From contig NC_042997.1 in assembly GCF_006345805.1 (NCBI RefSeq), forward strand, positions 119,288,001-119,352,000: a stretch of DNA of 64,000 bases. Direction: 5' to 3'. Numbering within the stretch: position 1 is the first letter of the stretch; each line of letters begins with the position of its first letter. This document shows positions 25,857 through 37,843 of this stretch, piece by piece. The notes under the pieces were generated by a model, which did no database searches, was not told the origin of the DNA, and was given only the letters and a program-made list of their open reading frames with translations. Position numbers and translations under genes: made by a program. The stretch comes from Octopus sinensis. Lineage: Eukaryota.

Positions 25857-26970
25857 TTATTTATAAGCAAGATAAGTATAACGCCGCCAATGGGGGCATC
25901 GAAAAGCCGACTGTAAAAGTCCGTTTACCATCCGGTCTCTGGCGAACAATATATGAAAGAGTTCGGAGACACAAAGGTTGCACTACCTTCTGCCCCTATC
26001 AAATGGGAGGGCCACCGACAAAATTGACCATTCCAGCCTGTAGCTTGAGTTCGTATTCTTCAATCGCCATATTAGCTTGCTAAGTCCCGTGGTCTGGCGT
26101 TTATTCATATCTCGAAAAGTTGCGTAATGGTTGGAGATTCGTAAAGCCAATCTTGACGATGAGGCCCCGACATAAGCGTAGACATCTGAGTCCGTGTAAA
26201 CCTTGCATTGGTAAACGGCGTTTCTGATCTTGGAGTTCGCCGACGTGAATCTTATTCTGCTAGGATTAGTTTCTGAAATTAGAACTGCGTTACTGTCACT
26301 ATATTTGTTGCGAGAACTGCAGCCGCTTACTATTTTATTTTCCACTACGTCACTATTAACTAACGGAATAATCCCTGATTCTCCACTATCTATCAGAGTG
26401 CTGTCATTGCTAGTGCCCGTGGTGCTGCTATTGCCGGAAACGATGCTGGGGTTGCTATTGGGACTCTCTACCCTAACGAGCCGAGCTGCGCTCACCTCAC
26501 TACTGCCATTGTTACCGTCAATTACAACACCCTTATTTATAACTATACCCCTAGTATATAATCCCTGGTTGGAGCTGAGATTATGAGTCACTGTACTGGC
26601 TCTCATATCATTATTACTACTATTATTATTCCTACTGAGCATTAAACCGGGAGGGGAAGAAGCTGTGCCTCCGGAAAAAGGTGATAGGGTCTTAGTAAGC
26701 AGCCTATTATTATGGGAGGCTATTATCTGGGCGAGGTTTTTAGTGTTGGAGAAAGCTATCCTGACTTTATGCGAGTTAACCGTGGAGTAATATTTGGAAT
26801 TTCTGGGGAAGTTATTGGCGATGGCTTGTCGAAACATGAGGGGGAGGTTAGTTCTAATCTGCTTACCAAAGGGAATTACAAGCCATATATGCTTATTCCT
26901 ATCTATGGGATGGGTCGGGACGCCAGCTCTCGCATTCGGGTGGGTGATTCTCGGATGAATAACGGGTTTT
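25857..26970 (-). pseudogene. PLE #1 linker and GIY-YIG endonuclease segment (one in-frame TAG)
   Basis: DRNKHIWLVIPFGKQIRTN...KVRIAFSNTKNLAQIIASHN, then a long S/N/G-rich linker, then AVYQC...YVGASSSRLALRISNH. Reading through the TAG at 25983-25985 gives CNLCVSELFHIL...MVN...RCPH, ending at the stop at 25857-25859. Confidence 0.85.
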
Positions 26971-28197
26971 GGTTAGTGTGAGATCCCCCGGACCGATAAT
27001 TATCCTTGTTCGCTAAATTAAATGCGGGAGCGACTGCCCCAGCAACCGCCGCGCTCCCGTCACTACTTAAATTGTTTATGTTATTATAGACGGCCCTATC
27101 CTGATGACCGAATGATTGCATCGGAAGGGCCGGATCAATATAAATTACCTTCTGCCTATAACCGGCCTTGGATAGTGCGGCGTTATAAAATTCCGCTTTC
27201 TGCATAAAAATATCGGCACTAGCGGACAAGCCAGACAATCTTAGAGAGATGTTTTTAACCAAATTGTCTGTTACGGTTTTGGCATGATTTGAGAAGACAC
27301 TGACATACTTCAAATTAGTGGAAGGCTTATGGTAAGGGCAGTATGATTCGCTATTAAGGTTAAGTGTAACGTCTAGGAAATTAGCCTTGGTGAGTTCATT
27401 ATCAAAAACTATATTCATGCCCATTCTATTAAAAAACCTAGCTAACCTGCTCTTAGTTTTCTGCACTATTCTGTTCGTGGTGTTTTGCAGGTAAAACAGA
27501 CAATCGTCACGATACAGGCCGCCCGCGATCTCCGGGAATTGGTCGGACAATTCGTAGAGAATATATATTCCGACCAAATCGGCTATCTGCGCACTATCCG
27601 AACTACCCATAGGCACATCAAATTCATTGGGAGTATCTTTACAGATCCACAACTTATTATCAAACTTAATAAACGATTTCCTGGCAACTAAAATGATATC
27701 TATTTCTTCTCTGGTGAGGCCAGCCTTGTTGTGAGCATGCCAAAGGGCCTTATTTAGTACACTAGGGTTAATCGAGGGGTAGAAGCTAGCGATATCAAAC
27801 TGAATGAACCTAGTACGGTTCTTATTGGGGATGGAAGAGAACCACTTCACTACCTGCGAGGAGTTGGCCCAGAGGCTGAGCTTCAGCTTGTTTACTAAAC
27901 TAGGGATATATTTATCTAAAATGTACTTACTGATTATCCTGATATCAGAGCTAGCAGGGCATATGAGTCTTAGCGCTGGGTTGGTGTGGAAGTTCGGTTT
28001 ATGGTCCTTCACTATAAATCTAGGTTGCTTAGGGCTAAGCGGCTGCGTTCTCATTTGAATTCCGTGTTTAAACATTATTTCCTTAATTTCCAAGTTTACC
28101 TTCCTCAGGGTACTCCAATTGGTTTTTCTATAATTTTTCTTGATCTCTTTACCGAGTAAATCTAGGTACTGCTTAATGGGTAGCTTGTATGTGTTCC
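26903..28197 (-). CDS. PLE #1 reverse transcriptase segment, 5'-truncated at the inversion junction and frameshifted from the endonuclease segment
   Basis: ORF 26903-28093 plus an upstream open frame back to RNTYKLPIKQY at the junction near 28197. Catalytic motif YRDD. Confidence 0.88.
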
Positions 28198-28771
28198 CTT
28201 AAGGATATTCCTATACCACCAAAGGACGCCTTCCTTAAGGAGTTGGTTTGTAAAACCAACGCATTCATAAACCGGATAAGATGGCTCGTTTTCTTCCACG
28301 AGAACGAAGATCTAAAATCGAACCGGACAACAGCATCGTCCGAATACGGCCGGCTTTTTAAAACATTGGATACGCCGCCACCTAACCCAAGACTGAAGAA
28401 GTTTGAGGACGACTTGTGGGACATAGTTATAAAGATTAAGTTCAGGAAGTCACCCAGGAGAAATGCCCACCTCAGATACCTAGATAAAATTACCAAGGAC
28501 ATTAATAGAACGGACGGAGTCCTGGTCCAGTCCGACAAGACCAGGAACACATACAAGCTACCCATTAAGCAGTACCTAGATTTAGTCGGTAAAGAGATCA
28601 AGAAAAATTATAGAAAAACCAATTGGAGTACCCTGAGGAAGGTAAACTTGGAAATTAAGGAAATAATGTTTAAACACGGAATTCAAATGAGAACGCAGCC
28701 GCTTAGCCCTAAGCAACCTAGATTTATAGTGAAGGACCATAAACCGAACTTCCACACCAACCCAGCGCTAA
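28195..28771 (+). pseudogene. Inverted N-terminal fragment of the same PLE ORF
   Basis: SLKDIPIPPKDAFLKELVCKTNAFINRIRW...QSDKTRNTYKL...KDHKPNFHTNPAL. Its last about 230 nt are the reverse complement of 27967-28197. Confidence 0.9.
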
Positions 28772-28979
28772 GTAGATTTTGTCTCGCCCCATATAATACA
28801 TCTAATATTCTTTAAATAGTCAGAACTTTACTCTCGGTCACAAAGAACATCTACACACCCCGTGCCCTCACCCACCGGAATGACCGCTGCCTGACCCGTT
28901 AAAATCTTCAACGCACCCACCACCCGTTTTCAACATACACTGATAAACAGTTTGGCCATGGGCTCTTAGGAGCCTAGTT

Positions 28980-29219
28980 TGAAAAATTTTGAAAAGTTCC
29001 CCCAGTTCTGAAAAAAATCGATAAATTCGACATGGGGTCGAGAATCAGAAACACGAACCGCAAACTGTCTAGGGGACGCAACTCCACCTTTTTTAAATCT
29101 AAAAAAAAATTTACCATCATTTTTTTCCATTTTTTTGCTATTTTTTGGCTATAACTCTCTAAAAATGCTTTATAGTTATTTCCCTTACAAACTTGAGCAA
29201 CGCCGGGCGATACTGCTAG
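28980..29219 (+). mobile_element. Helitron-like 3' end
   Basis: GC-rich imperfect hairpin (cttgagcaacgccggg, about 29192-29207) shortly before a terminal CTAG (29216-29219) followed by T. This is the canonical Helitron 3' signature. Confidence 0.5.
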
Positions 29220-29299
29220 TAGAGTTATAAAAGAAGAGGATTTCTAAATAGATATCATTGATAGACATGCCGGTCCCACCCAGGAAGAACTTTATGGAA

Positions 29300-29560
29300 G
29301 ACCTTACGACTAAGACTTTTGTATTCGGTAAGCGCAGCGGCTTTTGGGGATCTTTGGCATTGTGCAGTGATGACCCATTCTGACATCTGTGTAGCTTTCG
29401 CTGCCAAAATTTGGCACAATCTCTTCCAAGATCTTCAAAATGTGTATTACAGCACGTCTGTCCCGCCTTCGTTCCAGAGAGTAAAGTCTTAACTGCTTCA
29501 GCCGTTCGCAGTAGCTGAGTTGTTGCAAGGAGACGATCTTCCTTGTGAAGCTTCACGTGG
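29300..29560 (-). mobile_element. CR1/L2-clade LINE 3' RT fragment
   Basis: LSYCERLKQLRLYSLERRRDR...ILKILEEIVPNFG matches the typical L-Y-SLERRR C-terminal motif. Confidence 0.75.
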
Positions 29561-29584
29561 CTCGAGAAGGAACAAATAAACTGT

Positions 29585-29696
29585 TTGTTTCAGTACTTGC
29601 AACCATTCAGCATCCTTCTTGTGAACCTTGTCTTTGCTACTGATGTCACTCCAAAATCTTTGACTTTCATTGTTATCTGTTATCAACTTATCACGG

Positions 29697-29697
<1 letters not shown>
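29585..29697 (-). mobile_element. Small R4/Dong-like LINE fragment next to (AAT)n
   Basis: NESQRFWSDISSKDKVHKKDAEWLQVLK is homologous to EEVQNFWERIWSDKKRYNINADWI in copy B. It abuts the TTA/AAT tract. Confidence 0.55.
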
Positions 29698-29698
<1 letters not shown>

Positions 29699-29750
<52 letters not shown>

Positions 29751-29870
29751 TACTACAACTACTACTACTATTACTAGTAGTAGTAGTAAGAGTAGTAGTG
29801 GTAGTGATAGTAATTGTAGTAGTATTATTAGTAGTAGTAGTGGTAGTAGTGGTAGTACTAGTAGTAGTAA

Positions 29871-29921
<51 letters not shown>

Positions 29922-29922
29922 G
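29699..29922. repeat. Compound (TTA)n-(CTA)n-(GTA)n microsatellite
   Basis: Directly visible. The CTA and TAG tracts are mutually complementary around actagt. Confidence 0.95.
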
Positions 29923-30102
29923 TATCACGATTTCATTTGATTTTATAATCAACTTTGCTGGAATGCTGTATGGACCGTGTTACTTGAGAGCGACGTTATA
30001 GTCTAAACAAATGTACATTTTTACCGGTGTAACATGTAGCAGCAACGAATAAGTTTCTCGGTGGGAGGTGCGGGCGAAATGCTTAGCAGTAATTCATTTA
30101 AT

Positions 30103-30278
30103 AGGTGCAGTAGTGGCTTTGTGGTAAGTAGCTTGATTACCAGCCACGCGGCTCCGGGTTTAGTCCCACTGCGTGGCTCCTTTGGCAACTGTCTTCAACT
30201 ATAGTTTCGGGCCGACCAAATCCTTGTGAGTGGATTTGTTAGACGGAAGGTAAAAGAAGCCCGTCGTATATATGTATA

Positions 30279-30319
<41 letters not shown>

Positions 30320-30555
30320 GTGTGTGTATGTGTGTGTGTGAGTGTGTGTGTGAGTGTGTCTGTGTTTGACCCCCCCAACATCGCTTGATAACCGATGTTA
30401 GTGTGTTTACGTCTCCGTAACTTAGCGGCTCGGCGTAATATACCGATAGAATAACTACTAGGCTTACAAAAATAAGTCCTGGGGTCAATTTGCTCGACTG
30501 AAAGGTGGTGCTCCAGCATTGACGCAGTCAAATGACTGAAACAAGTAAAAGAGTA
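30103..30555 (+). mobile_element. Full-length tRNA-derived SINE
   Basis: Head aggtgcagtagtggctttgtggtaag...ccgggtttagtcccactgcgtggc, internal (TG)n, and tail cagtcaaatgactgaaacaagtaaaagag. Confidence 0.88.
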
Positions 30556-31942
30556 TCTGTAAATCTGGCGTCGGCTTTGCTAAACTTTCAAAAAAAAAAA
30601 CCCTCTTTACGTTCATACTCTATCAACTGAAAAAAAATGTTATCTGAAATTGCCTGAGTCTCATGCACATTAACATAACCTCACCAGCCACAAAGTGGTG
30701 GAGCCTGAAACATCTTGTATCATATATCTGATCTAATATATATTATATTTGTCTTAAATTACGACAAAAAGAATACAATTACAACTACGGAAAAATTTTG
30801 TCGAACTGCAGTTAATGTAAAATGTGCTTACTCAAGAAATCGCTTGGTGTAGACAAAAAATCATTTTGATGAAGCGTTATTCATTTTATGATGTATTAAA
30901 TTAGAATGTTACTTTCTCATATTTAAATTAGTGATAATTTTTATAGATTACATAATTGAATTTTCTTTTCTGTCTATTAAATATTTTTTCTATTTCGAGA
31001 GTGAGATTTTTGTTGCTGTAGTAAGATGATTTTGTTGTCTTTAAATTATTTAGATGGCGTAAGAAAATGAAAAGCACAAATTGTTGTTAAATTTGAAATT
31101 ACGTTTTCATGTATTCGGACGTATGTAAAAATATATTTTGTTACAATACCTGAACAAATATATTTCGAAGATTTTAAGAAATGGCGGACAAATTTTGCAA
31201 CATGTTTCAAGCATCACAGTTAACATGTCTCCAAATTACTTTGAAAAGAACATAAAATAACCTCCGTTGAATTAAATCTCTATAGAATGTCTTTAATAAA
31301 CATATCCATTCCATGATGAAATATCACATGTAGCAGAGAATTTCCAACACACTGAAGGCAATTATATTACAAGATATTTTAAGATGATCACTGCTCGCTG
31401 TACACATTCAAAATCTAATTTGTATTATCTAATTTTGAATGTAAGACTAACAGTAATTATCGTTGTGGTTTTAATTCGTATTAAGCGTATTATATCTGTT
31501 AATATATAAGTCGTGGCTCAGAGCCATATTCCTAAACGAAAAGGTTTCATTAAACATAAGATAAAATTCTGGAAAACTGAATTTGCTTTAAATTAAACTT
31601 ATACGATCCTTTCAAAATACACTTGTGGTATGTAAAAATGGACAATCACCTTGCTCTCAGCTATTTTTTGCATTGATTTTTTCCCATTGAGATCCATTGC
31701 AGTATTTTAATACTCAAAGTGCACTACTTCATTCACCCCATCAAAGCACTCACTGCATTTCCCTATTTAATCCTTACTCTCTTCATAGTCATTGCTTCTT
31801 TTTATTTGTTTTCCCTCTTTATCCTATTTCATTTCCACGAAAATAGCCTACGACAGTAACCTTATAGAGAAAGATGTGCAAATTCCATCTTTTTTAGTTA
31901 TGAGTTGCGAGACTCGGGGTAGCAAGGAGCTAACGCGAACAA

Positions 31943-32008
<66 letters not shown>

Positions 32009-32009
32009 C

Positions 32010-32100
<91 letters not shown>

Positions 32101-32479
32101 GCTAGCTAGCTAGCTAGCTTGCTAACCAATAACAATAAAGAGCTCGAAGGCGACGTAAAAAAAATAAAGGAAGGAATGTATTAACTTTATGCACGGAAAT
32201 GGGAGAAAAGTAGAAGCAAATGTCCGTTACGTTTCCAGCAAATGCTCTTTTAAAAGAATACGTAGAGAGAAAAGGAGAGAGAAAAGATCAGATGTGTGTC
32301 TTTCGAGCGGCCACCGCTGGCTATAGGCATGATTGACAAGTAATCCAAGAGTGATTCAATCACATAAATATGTGTATGGAAATAAATTTGATGATGCGTG
32401 TGTTTGTGTGTCTTTTGATTTTGCTTACACGTGATCTGATCAATAAGTATCTAATAGTCAATCAAAGGCATGCAGAGTA

Positions 32480-33240
32480 AAGCTGCTTGGCACAGATTGA
32501 CCTTCCACTCTTCTGTGCATGTGCACTAAGTTTTAACGTTTTTACAACAGCGCTTGGAAGGAAGTTGTGTAGCGTGTGATCGTCGGATTGAATATGATAG
32601 GGAAGGTTGAGCAGAGAATCTGCATCAAATTCTGCCAAAAGCTTGGCGATACCTGCTCAGGGGCCTACACAAAACTTTAAAAAAAATTTCCTCTTTCTCG
32701 GCACAATCAATAAGATCTTGTGCAATTGAAACCCGAGTATAATTTTGGTCAGCTAGAAGCAGTTTTGGCATAAACTTGGCAGACTCGCATCTCGTAACCA
32801 AATCTTCGGTGATAATGAACTGAGCTGAACCGTAACTAATCCGCACATCTGATAACTCACGGAAGGTGATGTGATGGTTTCCTTTCACAGCTGCATGTAC
32901 ATCTGCGATGTTTTTCTCAGTCCTGCTGGTTGCGGGTCTCCTATAACGTTCGTCAATATCGACATTTTTTCGGCCAATTTAGAAACTTCCGAACCGCTCA
33001 TACACTTGTGTGCCGCTCATGCAGTCGTCCCCATACACTTACTGCAATTTTGCGTAAGCCTCTGTGCACGTATCGCCATGATAACTTTCTTTGTCATGGT
33101 CAATGCGACGTTCACAGGCTACACACCTTCCTTCACAGCACTACTGTAAACAGCAGAAGTGAGCTAGAACGTTGAAACTGACTGCGCATGCACAACAGAG
33201 ATACGGAAAATATTTGCCAAGAGAATTTATTTTGCGTGCT
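32480..33240. mobile_element. Two mariner transposase 5' fragments in inverted, converging orientation
   Basis: Plus strand from 32594: MIGKVEQRICIKFCQKLGDTCSGAYTKL. Minus strand from 33097: MTKKV..GDTCTEAYAKLQ*VYGDDCMS...RPATSRTEKNI...HITFRELS...SAKFMPKLL. The 5' leaders are homologous. Junction at about 32680. Confidence 0.8.
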
Positions 33241-33886
33241 TTAGCTTCGTTACTATAGCAACAGAACGAATATTTATTGATGAGACATCATATGTGTGTG
33301 CATGAGTTTGTCTTGCATTTATGTGTGCGCAGTGGCCCGCGCATGTGTACTTATGAAACAATTGTGTGCGTATGTGTGTGTTGTTGTTTTCTGTTTCTGT
33401 GTGGATATAAGGCGTACAGAGAGAGATATATAGAGAAAGAGAGAAAGCGAGAGAGTGTGAGAGAGAGGGAGAAAGAGAGGGAAAGAGTGAGGGAGAGAGA
33501 TAGGGAGAGAGAGAGAAAGAGAGAGAGAGAAGCAGTTTAAATAGGGCTCGCGAAGTAGCACGCGCTGGAAAACGTAAGTGTATGATTTATTGGTTACAAT
33601 GACTGTGATATTTATGCGGGATGGTAACGCAAGTGTGGGTGCTAATGTGTGTGAAGGCGGGAATACGTGTGAGCATGTGTATGTGTGCGCGTGTATGTGC
33701 GTGTGTGAGTGTGTGTGTTTTTGCTTGTGAATATTGCTTAAACATGTTGGTTTGCGTTGGATTGAATAAGAGATGAGGGTTAAGGTAAAAGGCATAAGGT
33801 AGTGTTAGTGTGTATGAAGGAAGTAGGCATGAAAAGAAGATACGATTTTAGTCCATAACTATGTATTTTTCTCTCTCTCTCTCTCT

Positions 33887-33929
<43 letters not shown>

Positions 33930-36545
33930 TAGATAGATGCACACGGATTTGCCTGTATACAACTTCGTGCTGCTTGTGAGCTTGGGAATACGTGCACAAC
34001 GACGAAGACATATGTATAGCGTGTGAGTGTCACCACTTAATTAAAAATATGTGATAATATTCTGTTTAATTATTCTTTTTCATTTAACATATAAATAAAA
34101 AAAATGAAAGTATTTACAATAAGCGAAACATTTTATTAATATTTATTTTTACTAATGATTTCGAATAATATATCCATGATACTGCACTGACAATTGTTGT
34201 CTGACCAAAGACTTCTTCGTGAGGGAGCAGAGGAACGCTAGGGTCAATGAAAGGACCATAAAACTTGGACTATATTAGACAAATGATACACGAGATATAA
34301 CCTTAAAAGGACTGCTCGGAGAGATGCAGAAGACCCCTCTATGATGGGGTTTAAGTGGACTGGACTACTAGAGGTTTTTATCTGGGTGAAAAGCAAAAGT
34401 TGATTGATGTAGGCTGATTGCACAGGATTGTTGGAATGGGGCGACAAAATATCTGGCCAGAATAGAACCTATCATTTACATGAAAAGTCTCTTCAAATTA
34501 TCTGATTCCAGTGCTCTGTGAGGTTTTACAAAGCAGATCAAATTTATTATGCAAGAGGAATTTGGGTTCATTAGCTTTGCCTTAGTGCCAGAGAAAGGAG
34601 ATGGTAGGGTTCATGCTCAAAAGCTCTCCAAACATCTAGGTGGGTGCGGAGAAAAGCGCTTATGAAGAAAAACACCATTGTTTTAATCGAAGCTGGCATG
34701 TATCTTACATCACGGCTAGAATCACATTTTCTACTCCACCATACGTGTCACATTTCTGTGAAACCAAAACTGACCCGGGCAATTTATATCGCTATCTTCA
34801 GACATGTTACTGATCCCGAAAGTAGTCACGGATATCGACATACGAGTTTCTAAGACTTGAAAGTTCTTCAAAAAGTATCCCAGTGAGATGATTATGCTAA
34901 ATGGGGAGAAATATTTTAAAACAATCCATGGTAAGCAATGTGCAATCTCATTAAAGTTGAATGGGAAGGTTTAGCAGCTCGTTTCCTAAGCAAGGCGAGC
35001 AGCATGTTATGCATTAAAGGGGCCTATACGTAGAAGGCCATCTGTTGTTTACGATATAAACACAGTGTCTTATTATAATTATGAATCATGTGAAGTTAGC
35101 CAAAGGGATATTGCTTCTTGGTTTATTGCTTGCTGGATACATCCTTGAGCTTGATCAAACCTAACTAGGTTCATGTGCCAGTCAAATTAAGTGTAACACC
35201 CGATGATGTCAAATTACATCACCGACCATGTGTCCAGGTTTATGAACAGATGCTTTATTAAAACAAACAAAATTTATTTTGCATAATTCAGTTTTGTATG
35301 TCAGGCCCGCTGAGACGTTTGAGGGAAAATATCCAGTATTGGATCCAGGAAATAGCTTCACATTATCTACCAATCCTGAAGAACTATTGCAATTAATCTA
35401 CCCGCATTAACTTGCCTGATGAATATTTCAACAACACCATATATGAAAATGGAGTAGTAAAAAACTTCGTCAAACTTTCGGAAGCTTCTCAGAGAAGAGT
35501 AAAAGAAAATGTAGTACTGGATACTGTGTGAAGTTTGACCAAACCACTCACATAAAAACAAATTCTGGACACAATGTAAAATCCCATTCCTTGGGCCCTG
35601 GAAATAGTTGACTTGCAGCTTTACGTATACTTAGACACTTCGTTTATATGGTTTTAGAGTTACTTAGAAATTAGACTGTGGTCTGTCATGTCTCCTAGGG
35701 CTCATAAGGCTGGAAATTAATCCACGTTCAATGGTGTATATGTGACTGCATTGACAACACATCCTACTGAGAGGGATGCTGATTCGCCCCAGGGTAACTT
35801 GCCCACCTATTGCTGGAGTTTATTTATATTTGTGTGTGTGGAGCAAATGAAATGAAGTGTTTTCTCAAGAACAAAATGCGTCGTGATATTACGACAGCAA
35901 ACGAATCTCCATAATCAGCGAATCAAATGGTTTCAAGGAATGATTTTTGTGGTCGACACAATGAAAACACAATGATGCGTGGTGGGGCAAGATTTATCAA
36001 AAAGAGCGAAGGTTTCTATGTCGACAATAATAGTAATAATAATAATCGGTTTTTCTCTAAAAAAAAAAAAAACCTTTTATCATTCAGAGAGGTATCGAAC
36101 TAGAAATAATGAAAGGTAAAGTTGCGTCCGGCGGGATTAGAACATAATGCCTTTATTCGTGTAAGTAATTAGCCAAATGAAATTTTCTAATGTTTTGAAA
36201 ATCTTTTTGCACATTGTTTTTATATGAAATCCATAATGAAAATAATACATATGGAGTAACGATTTAAATTTCTCTTATGAATCATGGAAAAGCGTAACAT
36301 TTTTTTTTATAGATATATTCCAATCTGAATTGAAGAAAATAACAACTCTGCTATCGATTTTATTTAGGTGATGGATGTATTTTTGCACATTGTTACATAT
36401 CTCTCGGCACAAACACCAGCTAAAGCACAATTGTATCACAATCAAACAATAACATTCATAAACACACGATCAATCACACACACACACACACACACACAAT
36501 CACATAAATATATGTGTATATACGTATAAATGTATACGTAGGTAT

Positions 36546-36597
<52 letters not shown>

Positions 36598-36715
36598 ATA
36601 TATATGTATGTATATATATATGTATATATATATATTTATGTATATATATTATATATATATATGCACATATATAAATATATTTAAGTGTATATATGTATAT
36701 ATATATATACTTATG

Positions 36716-36784
<69 letters not shown>

Positions 36785-37614
36785 ATGTATAAGCTGCTGA
36801 ACACATTCAAATTGTACACCTGATATATGTATGTATATATGTGTGTATATATGAATGTATGCATGTGTGTATCTTCATTGATTTACACACACACACACAC
36901 ATACACACAATAAATTTCAGGAGAACAGAAGTGATTTGATGAAGCAGCACCAACACCAGCAGCATATGAATACGTATAACTTTAGATATTGATCGATTCT
37001 TTCATCTTTATTCCTGTTTAATTATCATCAACCAGCTTGTCTCACAGTCGTTTTGATTACTTTTAATTGTATTCCCCGACAATTTTTTTTAAATTAGTAA
37101 TTTTTTCAGTTTATTTATTTCGCTATCGACTGATCGATATTTGCCTTGTGTTAAACGATCGCTTTGTACAATGATATATCCTTTCCAATTTATATTTATG
37201 TACATTTAAAATTGAAAATAAAGTAAAAGAATATCTTTAAGTCTTCAATCAATATTTTGGTAATAATTTTCTTTGCTAAAGAGTTTTTATTTCTATTTTC
37301 TTTGTATGTTATGAGTCTTCAGTTATTTGAGTAATAAATAGCTTTTAGATGGTTCGTATTTGTTTTAACTTGTGATTTCTATCTGAAATATAATTCTCAC
37401 TTTATCTATGCGCTATCTGTGGTGATATGAATTTTTTTAGTGTTTCTGTTCCAATTTTGCGGACAAACATCTGTAGAATATTTTTAATTTAGCTTTTAAA
37501 TTTAATAACCTGATGCATTCTTTAAGAGACAAAAAAATAATTACTTTTCTGTGTTATCTTAACTATACATTAAATCGCAACTCGTTAGTTTTCTCTGCCC
37601 ACCGCTCGCTCCTA

Positions 37615-37646
<32 letters not shown>

Positions 37647-37654
37647 CTATGTAC

Positions 37655-37843
<189 letters not shown>

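Larger units (their letters stand above)
25030..28979 (-). mobile_element. Penelope-like element (PLE #1, Naiad-like by motifs) with 3' pseudo-LTR and an inverted 5' arm
   Basis: The minus strand carries RT (IQFDIASFYP, VPMGSSDSAQIADLVG, GLYRDD, FLDVTL), then a linker, GIY-YIG, and a non-coding pseudo-LTR ending in (TA)n. The plus strand 28195-28979 carries the N-terminal ORF part (SLKDIP, QSDKTRN, KDHK) plus a pseudo-LTR copy. Confidence 0.92.

Noticed and set aside
25983-25985. In-frame stop in the PLE #1 nuclease as possible selenocysteine recoding (reported for some Naiad PLEs)
   Set aside because: The codon is TAG, not TGA, and precedes rather than replaces the Cys of CNLC. I could not fold a convincing SECIS downstream. 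The TGA stops in PLE #2 fall at Trp or other non-Cys positions.
34200-35050. Unique moderately GC-rich stretch that might be a decayed ORF
   Set aside because: No recognisable motif in any frame.
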